The notes under the pieces are model-generated. The model did no database searches. It was not told where the DNA came from and saw only the letters and a list, made by a program, of their open reading frames with translations. Source: Paraspadella gotoi (taxonomy: Eukaryota > Animalia > Chaetognatha). From it: a stretch of 64,000 bases of DNA. The stretch covers positions 2,842,343 through 2,906,342 of the forward strand of contig CM119270.1 in the NCBI GenBank assembly GCA_051294375.1. The letters run 5' to 3'. Shown piece by piece: positions 26,106-39,497 of this stretch. The stretch's first letter is position 1; every line of letters begins with the position of its first letter. The position numbers and the translations under genes are program-made.

Positions 26106-26421
26106 AGCTTTGAAAGCCGCGAGATGGTTGGCAAGGAGAAACGTCGACGATCAATTTGTCTCCCGCTTCACGTACAAAAAGATTGTGATAACAAAAACTG
26201 GTTAACTGCAGATAAGCTTACTGGAAGACGCTAGCCGGATCTAGATGGATTATCCAATCAACTGATGGACAAAGATCCATGTCGCTGATGGCGATAACCT
26301 CAGAGAAGGTATCGAGGTTGACGACCAACCAGGACGATGGGGAGAAGCTTTTCTTTTAGTCACGGCAGAGGCAAAGTCTGATTTAGGTCTCGAAACCAAA
26401 AATACAGCGGAACCAGTACAA

Positions 26422-27382
26422 TAGGGCGTTGAAGAATAACGAAATATAACAAATCAAGTGAGGTACATAGCTATTTTAGTGTAATAAAGTCTGTAGAATT
26501 CGATGATGATAACCATTTTCTTGTATAGTCTCATCTTCTTTGTCGGAAATGGCGATTTTTGCAGCATATAAGGTGTTATTAAAATGGAGCAAACTCAAAT
26601 TATTAAGATTTATAAAAGCCATATTTAACTTACATAATATGAAAATTAAGACCCATATAAATATTTTGGTAAGTTTATTTACAAATTTTATATTTTATTA
26701 ATAGGTGTTAGCTATATTTATTAATAAATAATAAAAAATAAGCTAAAGTGAAAAAATAAAAAAAATAAAATTTTAATACTGGATTTGAATTCCTTACAAA
26801 AAGTTGATATAAGAAAGTATAATCCATTTTAAAAAATTCTTTCATTAAGTAGGTTAAAAATATTAAAAACTATTATTTTTATTTAATTTTTTAATTTTTG
26901 GCTTAAAATTATAGTTTTCTGAATTTTGACCCACTTAATGACATAATTTTGATATAAAATTTATATTTTCTTATATCAACTTTTTGCAAAGAATGCAAAT
27001 CCATGAAAAAAATTTTGTAATTATTATTTTTTAACTTTAACCTAATTTTTACTCATAATTATTAATAAATATAGTTAACTAACTTTTTTATAAAACATAA
27101 ATTTAGAAATAAACTTACCAAAATATTTTTATAAGTCTTTATTTTTATAGTTCAAAAGCTCATATAAATTTTATAAAATTTTAATAATTTGATTTATCAT
27201 AACTTATATGCTTTTGCTATTTTATAATAATTTTATATACATTAAAAACCGTCATTTCCGACAAGAAAGATAAAATTATACAAAAAAATGGTCATCACCA
27301 TCGAATTCTACAGACTACATTACACTAAAATAGCTATGTACCTCAGTTGATTTGTTATATTTTGTTATTTTTCAACGCTCTA
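26422..27382. mobile_element. Fold-back hAT-type MITE (961 bp) inserted in Gypsy pol
   Basis: Perfect 8-bp TSD CAGTACAA (26414-26421 and 27383-27390); termini TAGGGCGTTGAA / TTCAACGCTCTA; imperfect inverted arms extend ~450 bp toward the centre. Confidence 0.93.
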
Positions 27383-27429
27383 CAGTACAAGCAGACTTAT
27401 CGGGAAAAAAAAACCACTGCTTCGAAAAA

Positions 27430-28470
27430 TAAGAAAAGATAACATCCCAGCAACAACGATCGTTCGTCATGAGCCAACTGAAGAAGAGCTCGAAGCTGTA
27501 AAAAAGGCAAGACAAGCTCGAAAGGACAAACACGATGCGAGAGGAAAGGAAGCATTTCTCAAACCTTTCAAGGACGTGGATCCCACACTGGCCGATAAAG
27601 CCCCCCTAGTATGGGATATGGTGTGGGATTTAGAGACGTTTTTGGCGAATCTATCAACGATTGCAAAGAAGGCTTCCTTAATTACAAGGTGGATCTTGGC
27701 TTTACCGAAGAGGATCTACCCAAACCCCGCTTCGTTAACCAAGGACCTGTAAAAAAAGCAGCTCTAAAAAGGTACTTGGAAGTTTATGAAAATGCAGGAA
27801 TAGTGTCAAGAACAAAAAACGAGGCATATTCCAATGCATTTCTAATCAAAAAGCCAGGACATGTTGCCGAAGGACAAGATGAAATGTCCGATGAAACCTT
27901 TGCAAAACAATGGAGATTAATCTGCGATTTATCAGCAGTCAACAACAATATTTCTACCTATGCAACCGAACCTCAAACTATTGCATCAATCCTCGAGCAA
28001 TACAAGCCTCATGAACTACAATGTTCCCTCGACATCCTAGCTTGTTTCCACCAGGTGAATCTCACCGAAAAGTGTAAAAGAGTCACTACCTTTGCCGGCG
28101 CCGGCCATAATTGGTGGATGAATAAACTACCCATGGGCGGAGTAAATAGCGTCAATGTCTTAACAAGCTATTCTCGACGAAATCTTCAAAGATCTCGGAA
28201 GAGACGTCAAAAGTTTCCTTGTCTACGTTGACGATCTCATCCTCACAGCAAAATCGGCAGAGGATATGGCCGAAAGGCTCAGGGAATTACTACAAAAGTG
28301 TAGGGACGAAAACGTCGTACTCAAGTGGACTAAAAGCGTTCTGCTACGAAAAGAGGATATCAAGATCCTCGATTTAGCATTTCCAATAGCAAGCTCCTTC
28401 CTCAAAGGGAAAAGCTCGAAGCTGCAGAGATAAAACTCAAGGATCTAAAAGTCAAAAGGACCTGAGGGCC
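27430..28470 (+). pseudogene. pol: Reverse transcriptase domain (frameshifted)
   Basis: AFLIKK, WRLICDLSAVN, SLDILACFHQV, TTF, LPMG and FLVYVDDLIL (YVDD at 28224-28235). Confidence 0.95.
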
Positions 28471-29185
28471 ATGCTTGCTTCGCTAAATTATTACAGATGC
28501 TTTACACACAGATTCTCGTACATAGCGCAGCCACTTCATGCCCTCACGCTCATGAATCGAAAGGATTTCAAATTCACCGAGAAACATCGGGAGATGCTTA
28601 CTCTCTTGATAGAGGAAATCAAAACTTCTCCCGGGCTCAACTTCCTCAATGACCAGAGGATAAGACAAGGCGCTTACAAAATCTATGCCGACGCGAGCAC
28701 AACGGCCATGGGAGGCCTCATCACAGCCACAGCAGATGGGGTGGAGTACCCATTATCTTTTCACTCCAAATCTTTCCAGAAGAGTACCGCATAAAACATA
28801 TCAACATACTCGAAACTCTTGCTTTCAATATGATGGTAAGGAAGTATAAAGGATATACGTGTGGCAGGAGAGTCACGTTAGTAACAGACTCCCAATACTT
28901 TAAAAGAGTCATGGATCTCAACACGACAAGCAGCAGCTCCTCCCAACAAATGTTCTTCGCTGGATCACAGAAATAAGCAAGAATGTCAACCTAAAGAAGT
29001 CATTCTGGTCAAAAGCGAGGACAACCCCGCTGACTTCCTCACCCGCTTTACCGAACAAGGACAGATTACCCCCCTTGACACCCCCTTTTTCCCGGCTGGT
29101 TTTGACGTAGATGGAAGTTACGAGCCTGGTTATGCTGAGAATCCGGCAGGAGACGAAGAGGCACCAAGCCACCTCGACTCATCAA
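28471..29185 (+). pseudogene. pol: RT connection plus RNase H and acidic linker (frameshifted, truncated)
   Basis: LNYYRCF..FSYIAQPL, IYADASTTAMGG, PLSFHSKSF, HINILETLA, VTDSQ, LRW and DNPADFLTR. Confidence 0.9.
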
Positions 29186-29265
29186 GAGAGAGAGAGAGAG
29201 AGAGAGAGATAGATGTTATTGTCACATAAGGTTCCGCATACAATCCGTGTCTTTTAGACAACGAA
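29186..29265 (+). repeat. Third short copy of (GA)n plus transposon left end (equivalent to ~21400-21485)
   Basis: GTCACATAAGGTTCCGCATACAATCCGTGTCTTTTAGACAACGAAA occurs at about 21440, 29221 and 32378. Confidence 0.85.
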
Positions 29266-29310
29266 AAAGACGACGAGCATTCGTTATGGAAGACAGGATA
29301 GATATATATG

Positions 29311-32092
29311 ATGTATGGATCTTATTCGTCTGTCCTCACCTGCTTGGCCGCGCTTGTCCCTGCGGTCTGTCTCTCTCGTCATAAAAATCCGCACCGCTCA
29401 AACATCACCATCTGTTTCCACAATTTTCGTTTCAGACTACAATTTCGATTCGATAGAGAGAAGAAGCTGATTCTGTTCTTTTCGACGGATAATATTTTTC
29501 AACTTATACTGAACGCGTGTTGTGGACTACTTTTTTTTAACTTGAAAGATGAGAGTGGGCGTCGTTTGTCATTTTCACTTAGAGATAGTAGATAGACTGA
29601 GCGAAGCTGTGAGTCTTGGATCTTCGTCTTCACTCTAAACTATTCTTTGGACGTCTCCATTTTAAAGGACAAGTGTAAAGTTGAAATAAATACTTGTATG
29701 AAAGATATATTTGTATAGTTTTTTCCTTGTTGCGATTTTGAATTTAGAGAAAAGTAAGCAATAAATAGAATTATATTTCACAACATCGGTGGATAAAGAA
29801 TCGGACATGTTTCGGATGTTTTATATTTTCCCCTCTCTCTCTCTCTCCTGTCCCCAACTTCCAACCTGTCCTCTACCCTGCCACATCTGACCATCTGCAA
29901 TTATCTCCTTCTTCTCTCTCTACGCTCTGCTTCTCATCGGCTAAGCTATTCGATTAGGTACAGTACTCTCTCTCCTTACTTCTCTGCTCTCTCTCTCTCT
30001 CGGTCTCTCCTCTCTCTCTCTCGTCTCCTCTCTCCCTCCCTCTCCTCTCTTTACAGCACTCACTTACCACACACACACCACAACACACATATCATACATT
30101 ATTTGTGAAGTTAACTTTTGAATTGCACAATTGTAAAGGCGGTGATGAAGGCTTGTAAATAAAAAATCACGAACACATGTCCCATTCTTATAATCTCATC
30201 GTTGCTTGTAAATAAAATTAGTATTACTCTTACTTTTCGTCTATGAAATGACTTTAAAACGTCAATAAAGAACAAACTGTTATCTTTTTCGAGGTCGAAT
30301 GTTTCTTTAAGGTTAGTAAAACTAAAAGGTAAGTTCTTTCCAGAGGATGAGAGTAAGGTCGGTAAGGATTTCCCTGCTGAGGTCATTCACTGGATTAAGG
30401 TCGAGGAAAAAAAGGGAGGAAAATTTGTTGCGCAGAGATTTTCGAAGGCTTAAAGGTTAACTCCTGTCGGAGGAAGGAAGGAAAGGAAGATCATGGAAAG
30501 AGAGAGGAAAGGAGGAAAGGAAAGATCATGAAGAGGGAGGAAATGGAGGAAAGGAAAGATCATGGAAAGGGAGGAAAGGGAGGAAAGGAAAGATCGTGAA
30601 GAGGGAGGAAAAGAGGAAAGGAAAGATCATTAAGAGGGAGAAAGGAAAGATCATGAAGAGGGAGGAAATGGAGGAAAGGAAAGATCATAAAGAGGGAGGA
30701 AAAAGAGGAAAGGAAAGATCATTAAGAGGGAGTAAAGGAAAGATCATGGAAAGGGAGGAAAGCAAAGCCATGGAAAGGGAGGAAAGGTAGGAAAGGAAAG
30801 AGAAAAGGAAATTTTATGGAAGATAAAAAGAAAGAATTGTTAGGGAAAGGAAGAAATGATAGGAAAGGAAATGTTTTGAAAAGGTGGAGAGGAAGGGACG
30901 AATGATTGTTAGGGAATGGAGGAAATAAATCGGCCTGAACTTGCAAGGAAGGAAAAGATATTTTTTAGAATCCTAAAATACAAATGGGTTATGAATTTCG
31001 ACTCTATTATCTCCTCTTCACACGAATTGCCTCTCACGATTCCATTGTGACGACGTCTCTAATATCTTATGGATGCGACGTCACACTCACAGACAAATGG
31101 CGAAATGATCAGAGGCAAATATTTTCTGAATCTCTTGATTTTTTTTTTGCAGATGGAACTGAATGAACGAAGACTAAAAAGGAGACGAATGGACTTTTCA
31201 TATGACGCAAAGGAGACAAAGACGACGATGAGGAAGACGAACGACGACGACGACAACGACGACAGCGGTTGATATCTGAGACACTTTTTGACGAGATCGG
31301 AAACTAGTAAAGCACAAGCACATTGATGAAAAAAGTCTTTTTTGATACATTTATATATTTTATTGTATATAAATTCTTGAAATTTGTTCTAAAGTTTCGC
31401 TTGTTATTTTCAGCGTGTATTTTCTTAAAGGAAAAGAAAATTTGGTGAGGCAAATGTTTTATTGATCGAAGAGAGAAAAAAAGGCGAGATGATTTGAATG
31501 AGAAAATCTAAGAAAGAAGAACAAAATACGTTTAAACAAAAGGCAAACGTTATAAATTTTGCCTAAAGTTTGATACACAGAAATATAATATATTTATTAT
31601 ATACAATAAATAAATAAATAACAACAATAAACCAAAAAGCAGAGAATAATGTAAAATGAAATGGAGAAACAATCCCAAGATAGAAAATAAAAATTAGAAA
31701 CGAAAAGAAAGAAAAAAAATAGAATAATAAAAAGGAGGAAAAAGGAAAGATTAAAAAGGAGGAAAAGAAAAGAATAAAAAGGAGGAAAAAGAAAAGAACA
31801 AGGAGGAAAAAAAGAGGAAAGCGATTACAAATGAAAAATGAGACATTAGCATTGGAACGCGGTCGAGTCCACGGTTAAATATTTCGTTTAAGAAGAGCGG
31901 AGGAATGAGAGAGAGAGAGAGAGAGAGAAAGAAAGAGAGAAAAGAGAGAAAGAGAGAGAGACAGAACCTATTTCCTAAGTGCTTGTGGAAAGTAGACTCG
32001 TTTTTTATCGCTGTCGTCGTCTTTGTTGTTGTTGTTGTCATCGTCAATAATAGTAGTCGTCGTCGTCGTCGTCGTTGTTGTTGTCGTTGTCG

Positions 32093-32130
<38 letters not shown>

Positions 32131-32280
32131 ACCCTTCGTCTTGATTCGCGATGATTTCAACAGAAAGCGTACGTTATTTTTGTGCGTTTTTGTTTTGTTT
32201 GTTTGTTTTTGGTTATTATTTTCGATTTTCCCGCCCCCAATTTGTGAGGATTCGTCTCATGGTGACTCGCTAGTCCGTAT

Positions 32281-32361
<81 letters not shown>

Positions 32362-34036
32362 ATAGATAATGTTATTTGTCACATAAGGTTCCGCATACAA
32401 TCCGTGTCTTTTTAGACAACGAAATCTGAACTTCAATAATTACCATCTTTTCTGATCTCATTGGTTAGAATGAAGCTTTCTTTATTTAAAAAAACGGTAG
32501 GCTATAGTTATCTTCTTCTTATGACATAGTAATTTCCAGGTAAATTTCTATGAGTTAAAAATACGGTAAGAAATAGTTTTCTTCAATGAGTGTCAATCAA
32601 ATCTTAATTTTAGAAAATAGTATGATTGAATTTTTATGGTAAAGATAACTTTAAAGATTGAATTCCTCATAAGAATCTTCACGTCTTTTACTTACACAAA
32701 ACTATTCAGGCAGGACGCCACATTATCTCATACAATGTTTTCTCCCCTCATACCCTTTCTCTGATTCTTTTTCTTCATCTCTTTTCTTCTCTTATTTGCA
32801 TTTTTCTTCCCTCTTTCCTCCCCTACTTCTCACGCCTTACCGTATCAATTACCATTTTTTTAGCCCTACCTTTTTTTGCCACTCTTCCACTTTCCTCACC
32901 TTTTTTTCTCTATCTTAATTCTTTCCCTTTCTTTTTCCCCTCTTTTTCTTTCCATTTTTCCCATTTTCCTACCATTTTATTTGTCTCACTATTTTTTTTG
33001 CATTTGGCCTTTTTTGCCATTATTTTTGCCATTTCCTTCTTTTTGGCCATTTGCCTTCTTTTTTTTGCCATTTGCCTCTTTTCCTTCTGCTTCTTTTGGC
33101 CATTGCCTTCTTTTTTTGCCATTTGCCTTCTTTTTGCCATTTGCCTTCTTTTTTGCCATTTCCTTCTTGCTTTTGCCCCCCTCTTTCATTCTCCTCCGAC
33201 TGCCTTTTCCTTGTTCTCCTTTCGTTTTTCCTATCACTACATTTACATTGAGCCAAATAAAAAAAAATTTTCTTTTGCGTTATAAAAAAAGAAATTAACG
33301 GTAATAAAGGATTTTATTTCAATTTTGGTTGCCTAGCAGATTTAATAAATCGACAGATTTTGCGGAAATTTTTCCGCAAAATCTGTCGATTCTCAGAAAA
33401 AACAAGTCCTGACGCTTTCCATTGGGTTAAAAGGATGCGGTTTTTTTTGTTTTAATAACGTCAGTAATGTAGCTCATCCTTTTAAAACTAATAAATGAGT
33501 TAAAAATACTCTCTTTATCAAAAATAAATGCAAGTCACAAAAAGTCACAAATTAAAAGTTGTCTTTAAAAATTATTTGTGGCTAAATGAAAAAAGTTTTT
33601 TTGATAATTTTGAAGGTGTTAAAAGCTTATTTAATAGGCTATATTCTGTTAATTTAAACCAATTTGAATTTATTTTTGTTTAAAAATTATGATAAAGACT
33701 GAAACTGCAACTTTTTGACTTGTTAACTTTAAAATTAATTCATAGGCAAACTATAAATGACTTAAGCAAATAAATTTACACAGGGGTAAAGAAGATAAGG
33801 AAGAAGCGGATTTCCAAGTAAAAATTTTTCTCAACTTTTCCTTGGCATTCAAATCATAGGTCGTAAGTAAAAATGGACAAAAATGGACATAATTTTTTTT
33901 TCCTAAAAGTTGCCAAAATGGTACTCTTTTATCATTAGAAACGGGTGGAGATGTTTCTAACCAATCCTTCGTTCGACCTAATTTGTGTTGAGGCACAAAG
34001 TTAATCAACATTGTAAGTAACAACTGAACATAGTGG
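29311..34036 (+). repeat. Duplication A, copy 2
   Basis: Indel-rich at its start, progressively near-identical to 18421-22956, and ends just before a 25-N gap. Confidence 0.9.
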
Positions 34037-34105
34037 AAGAAGTNNNNNNNNNNNNNNNNNNNNNNNNNCGTTTTTTTCCTAAATGCAACGTTTGTATGCG
34101 GAACC
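32387..34105. mobile_element. Non-autonomous TIR DNA transposon with 14-bp TIR and 4-bp ATAA TSD
   Basis: ATAA|GGTTCCGCATACAA ... TTGTATGCGGAACC|ATAA; no transposase; spans a 25-N gap. Confidence 0.7.
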
Positions 34106-34398
34106 ATAAACGAAAAATGTTTCACTGGTTATCCGAAGATCTTTTTGAATAGTTTTTATGAAAAATTCTTCAAATCAATTTAAATTTTTCAAAAAAATTC
34201 TTATTATCCTCGAATAAACTAGTTTGATCTCAGCTAAGATTCGCGCGCACACGCAGATTTACACGCACAGATTTCGTGCACTGTTCCGTGCGTGACGCTC
34301 GAAATGCGCGCCATCTCGACGCCAAACGGCCTACGAGAGGGCGCCCCCCGTCGATATTCGTACGCGAACTAAAAAGAGGGAAGAGTCAATTCTATCGA

Positions 34399-34517
<119 letters not shown>

Positions 34518-36241
34518 GTCTCTCTTTCGTCCCGAAATCCAAATTTTCTTTTTTATTGTTTTAACCTTTGCTTGGGTTTCTCTATGACATTCAGCTCTCT
34601 CTCTCTGCCTTTCTCTCTCTTCCTGAAACAATTTGTGGTCAGTCAGTCAGTTTATTTTCGTAAATTTTTTTGGAGGCAGTATCTAAATAAAAAAACATTG
34701 ATTTTTTTAATGATGTTATGAAAAGCATTTGTGTCAACGAAGGAAGTAAAAAAAAAGATTTAAAAAAGATTTAAGTATCAAAAATATTGTAAAAATTCAT
34801 GCTAATAGCTTTGAATCTTTTTAGCAAAGTTTGTTTAACTCACATATTATGAACTACCTTTTTTCTGACTTCTTATATTTTTCTGATCGTTTAATCCTTT
34901 TCCTTCATTTATGAAGTCATGTCTCCCCCCCCTCTTTCCGTCCCGAGATGAAAAGCTGGAGGCCCTTGGCCTCCGAGACTAGCCATGAATTGCTCTATCT
35001 GCGTCTCTGCTCCTTCTGCTCGTACTCGTCTCTCTCGTCGTCTCTCGTCTCGTCTCGCTCTCTGCGTCTGCTCGTGACGGCATCTGCTTCTTCTGAATCC
35101 CACGGTTTCGCGTTGCCGTTCTCTCGATGGAAGACTGCGTGAACTGGTTTGTGTCCTTTTTTCGCCTGTTGTTTTATTGTGCCTGTTTGTCCCCTTTTTT
35201 CCGTTGTTGTATGTTAGGTTTCCTTGTTTGTTTTGTGCCCTTTGCCGTTCTTGGTTCCGTCGGTCAAAGCCGAAGTCTGTGCAGGACTTAGATGTTCTGT
35301 TTAGGCTGTGTGCGTTTGTTTATGTTTCTTTTGTTCGTTCAAAATCCGTGTTTGTCTTTTGTTTCCTGTTGTGCGTTTAGTCTGGCGTGTTTTGTATTGT
35401 TGTGTTCACTCGGCGGTCTTTGACTGTCAGGGTTCTGTTGTTGTATTGCCGCCCGTTTTTCCTCCTTTTCTCTTTCTTTTCTTTTGGCTGTTATTTAAAT
35501 CTTCAAACCTCATTTCGCTGCTCTCTCTGCGTCACCTCATCTCATCTCTCTCTCATCTCTCTCTCTCTTCTCTCTCTACTTCCTGATCTTCTGTCTCTGC
35601 TCTGTACCCATGCGAAGTTGAATCGCTCCTCGACTATAGTGTCTTCCTTTCCTCGCTCCCCTTCCGTCGCTCTGCTCCATTCTGTCGCCCGCCGCCTCGT
35701 CCCCTCTGCCTTCCTCCGCTCGCTCCTTTTCCTGCGCATCCGTCTTTCCCGTCGGCGTCCTTTCTGGAGTCTCTTTGCTACAGCTCTTAGCCCTCTTCGT
35801 TTTCCTCCAGACAATCGGCGTCCTTGTCGTTTCACCTCGCGTCCTCCACCTCCCTTCCTCACCGTTCTTCGCCACCCTCCTCTTCCTCCCTTCCCTTCCT
35901 CTGCGCCTCGCGTCCTCTCGTCTCTTCGTCGCTCCCCCCCTCGCGCTTCCTCCCTTTCTATTCATGTGCTGATTTTGAGAGGAATGGCGGTTAAGTTCGT
36001 CCCTCCATTCATCTTTATGCGTCAAGAAAATTTTAACTCTTCTTTAAATTCGTTTCAATTAGATTTTTTAATGTTGGCGTCGAGAGAATCGAACCCACAG
36101 TGGTTTTTTAAAAGAGTTTTGCACAAGTGGAAATTTTTTGTGTGTTTTTTTTTTTTTATTCTCCCGCCTGTATTGATTAAAGATCACGGTCCGTACTTTT
36201 TTTTCGTCACGAGATAAAGCTCTCTCCTCTCTCTCCTCTCA

Positions 36242-36281
<40 letters not shown>

Positions 36282-36399
36282 CTCTCTCTCTCTTCTCTCA
36301 CACTCCCACACACAGTTTATCTTGATCCCTGAACAACAGTTTTTATTCTAATCTTTTTATCGTTTAGCCAATCTCTTCGGTCTCTCAATCAAAGTATTC

Positions 36400-36430
<31 letters not shown>

Positions 36431-36445
36431 CCCTCTCTTCTCTCT

Positions 36446-36500
<55 letters not shown>

Positions 36501-36796
36501 CCTCTCGGCCCCTCACCCAAACTATTCATACATTTTGCACCAGAAAGATTTCCGATTTGGTTAAACCTTCTTTTCTTGTCTCAAGGGGACATTTTCATCA
36601 CTTGTTATATTTAAACTTAACTATCGAAAGAGTTTATAACATCATTACACCACATCATTAACAGTGAAGCCGGGTATTCCGGGGAGAGTCTTGCTAGAAG
36701 ATTTGCACGGTCCTTGGTGCTGCGACGTATGAAAAATTGCAGGATTACATGTTTTGCTATATGAGACTAATATATTTCACGTAAGTATTATATTTG

Positions 36797-36845
36797 ATTA
36801 TTATTATTATCATTATTATTATTATTATTATTATCATTATTATTA

Positions 36846-36921
<76 letters not shown>
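36797..36921. repeat. (TTA)n microsatellite
   Basis: About 40 units with a few TCA interruptions. Confidence 0.95.
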
Positions 36922-36922
<1 letters not shown>

Positions 36923-37662
36923 TGATATTTGATTAATTTCATATTTAATACTCTAATGGGGAGAGTGACGTTCACGTCATCTTCTTGAAATAGAGGGAGC
37001 ATCTATACAATACAAAGTTAAAAATTATTTTCTGCTCTTGATTTCGAATAAGATGTTACTATTATTAGCCATCATCCTTGTTAGGAAGTCATTTTATTTT
37101 GTTAGAGGGTTCACCCATCATAGCCGAACCTAAGTTACGGGCAAGATTGCTTATTTATTAAAAAAAGGATACTTTTTATATTTTTTGTAGTTTGTACCAT
37201 TTTCTAAAATAAATTTTTGCAGATCCATGTTGATTGTTTACGTAATGAAAAACATTTTGTTACTTGGTTTCAATTTTAGCTTAGTCTAATGCACAATATG
37301 TCCAATGAACATTGTAGATTTTACATTGTTCATGTTGTCTTTTGTCCCAAGTATCATTTCTCTTGTGTCTTGACTTCTTTTTCTTCTGTTCTCATGTCCC
37401 ATGACTGTACCACTCAAATGTCTTTGTTTCTGGCTTCTTGTCATTTTGTCCTTCTAGTTCTTGTAGTCTTGTCCTTCATGTCATTCTTGTCCTTATTGTC
37501 CTTATTGTCCTCGCTCACTTCAAATGTTCTCCTCTTCGTTTCAAAGTAAAAAAAAAAGAAAAATTCATTCATTATGCAAAATTCCTGTCCCAACTTTTCG
37601 CCATCACTTATGTATTGAAAGTCAACGAACCTTCTGTTTACCCCACCCTCTCTCACTCTCTC

Positions 37663-37701
<39 letters not shown>

Positions 37702-37705
37702 TCTC

Positions 37706-37741
<36 letters not shown>

Positions 37742-39459
37742 CTGTTTTGTTTCACGTATTCATTGTTTTGCGTCGCTGTGTTTTGCTGCTGTGTTTTTGT
37801 CGTCGTTGTCGTCGTCGTCGTCATCGTCGTCGTCATTTTCGGCTCCGACCAGTTGTGCCTCGTTATTTACTGTCTGTTTTGTCTTCAATTATTTACGATG
37901 CAATATCTTTTCCTATTTCGTCGTTTTAAAACTTTCAATTCCTTTTTATAAATTGATCCGTTCGTTCGTTTGCTTATTACAATAAGAAAGTATTTTTTAA
38001 ACATTTTTACTCTTAAATATTTTCAAATATTTGATTAAAATTGATTAAAAAACAATTCAATTCTCACTTTTGCACAATGACGTGATGCACTTTTATTGGC
38101 TTTAAAACATAATTAAATTGTTTTAAAATAATCTCAACTCTCAAAATTAAAAACTGATTACCATAATTAAAAACTCATAGACCTAAAAAAAAAAGCTAAA
38201 ACTACAGTCGACCGCTTTTCATTCAGTCAGCCGCGTTCAGCGTCTTTCAGTTTACATTGTCTTTCTGCCTTCAGTCAAACTTCACTTCAACTTCTNNNNN
38301 NNNNNNNNNNNNNNNCCCCCCCCTCAAATCGAGACTATGAGCTTCGCATTCGGATTTAATTTTCCTCCCTTTTTCTCTTGTTGAGAGTTGACCTCCTCTT
38401 GACCTTTTATTTTCCAGTTTCGAGAATAAATAAAAAGAACAAAAAAAAAGAAGAAAAAAAAAGGGGAAAAAATGATTTTTTTGGTTAAGAAACTGGAGAG
38501 TTTGTAACTCGGGAGTTGATGGTTCGATTATAAGGATTCAGTGATTATTTTCTCATCTTGCCTTGTCAGTTGTCATGTCTCATCAATGGTCTTATCTCGT
38601 CCAAATTCTTACCAGGTCCGAAATCAAGAGGCGTGATAGCTTATGTATTGAATGAATATATAACTTTTATGTTAATGGTTCAAGTTTCATATATGGCGCT
38701 CGTGCGGAGTACAATAGTTTTTACATGATCTAATACTTTATAACGTAACGGTTCGTAAAAACTCTGATAGGGAAGCCGAGCACTAAACTAAACTAAACTG
38801 TGAAAGAGTTTTGATTGAAAGCTTTCAGGGTCCTGCTATTTTATTATCTTGTAAGAGAGATCAAGACCTTAATCCAACATAGCCTGTCCATTGTCCAAAG
38901 TCAGGACTCGGGAGCTAAGATTGTTTGTTTATTAAATAAATGAATCATAAACAAAAATCGGTTTAAACTTTTGTTTGTTTTTATTTTGTTTGTTTTCTCG
39001 TCTGTTTTCCCATCTGTTTTCATGGAAACAAATTCACCGCAATCAAATCTCATGGAAAAAATATCAGGCTCCCATCACTCAGAGAAGATGGGGTGTGGAA
39101 GGGAAAGATTTTCGAGGTCACACCCGAAAATATCCGACGTTGATGAAATGGAAACTTGCGGAGAAAATAAAAATCTCTCTGTCTCTCTCTCTCTCTCTTT
39201 TTCCCCCCTCAAAAAAGCCGGTGCGCAAAATGAGAAAATGATGGTTTCTTTTCCATTTTTTTTTCACCAAAAGTAGAATTTTGAAGCCGCGAAATAATGG
39301 AACCGATTCACGTGATAAATCGGGTGAAGAGACGGAATTCATTCACGGTTTCTTTTTTTCACTTTTTTTTGACAAAAATGAAAATGCCAAAAGCAAAGCC
39401 GGGGAGAGAAAAGAGAGAGAGAAGACAGGAGAGGGAGAGAGAGAGAGAGAGAAGAAGAT

Positions 39460-39497
<38 letters not shown>

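Larger units (their letters stand above)
22931..29185 (+). mobile_element. Ty3/Gypsy LTR retrotransposon, frameshifted and 3'-truncated
   Basis: 5' LTR and PBS, then gag-PR-RT-RNase H order with DTGA, YVDD, DAS and ADFLTR motifs; ends abruptly in (GA)n. Confidence 0.92.

Noticed and set aside
34900-36217. 276-aa ORF and CpG-rich block
   Set aside because: Low-complexity, noisy pyrimidine-rich sequence with no recognisable domain.
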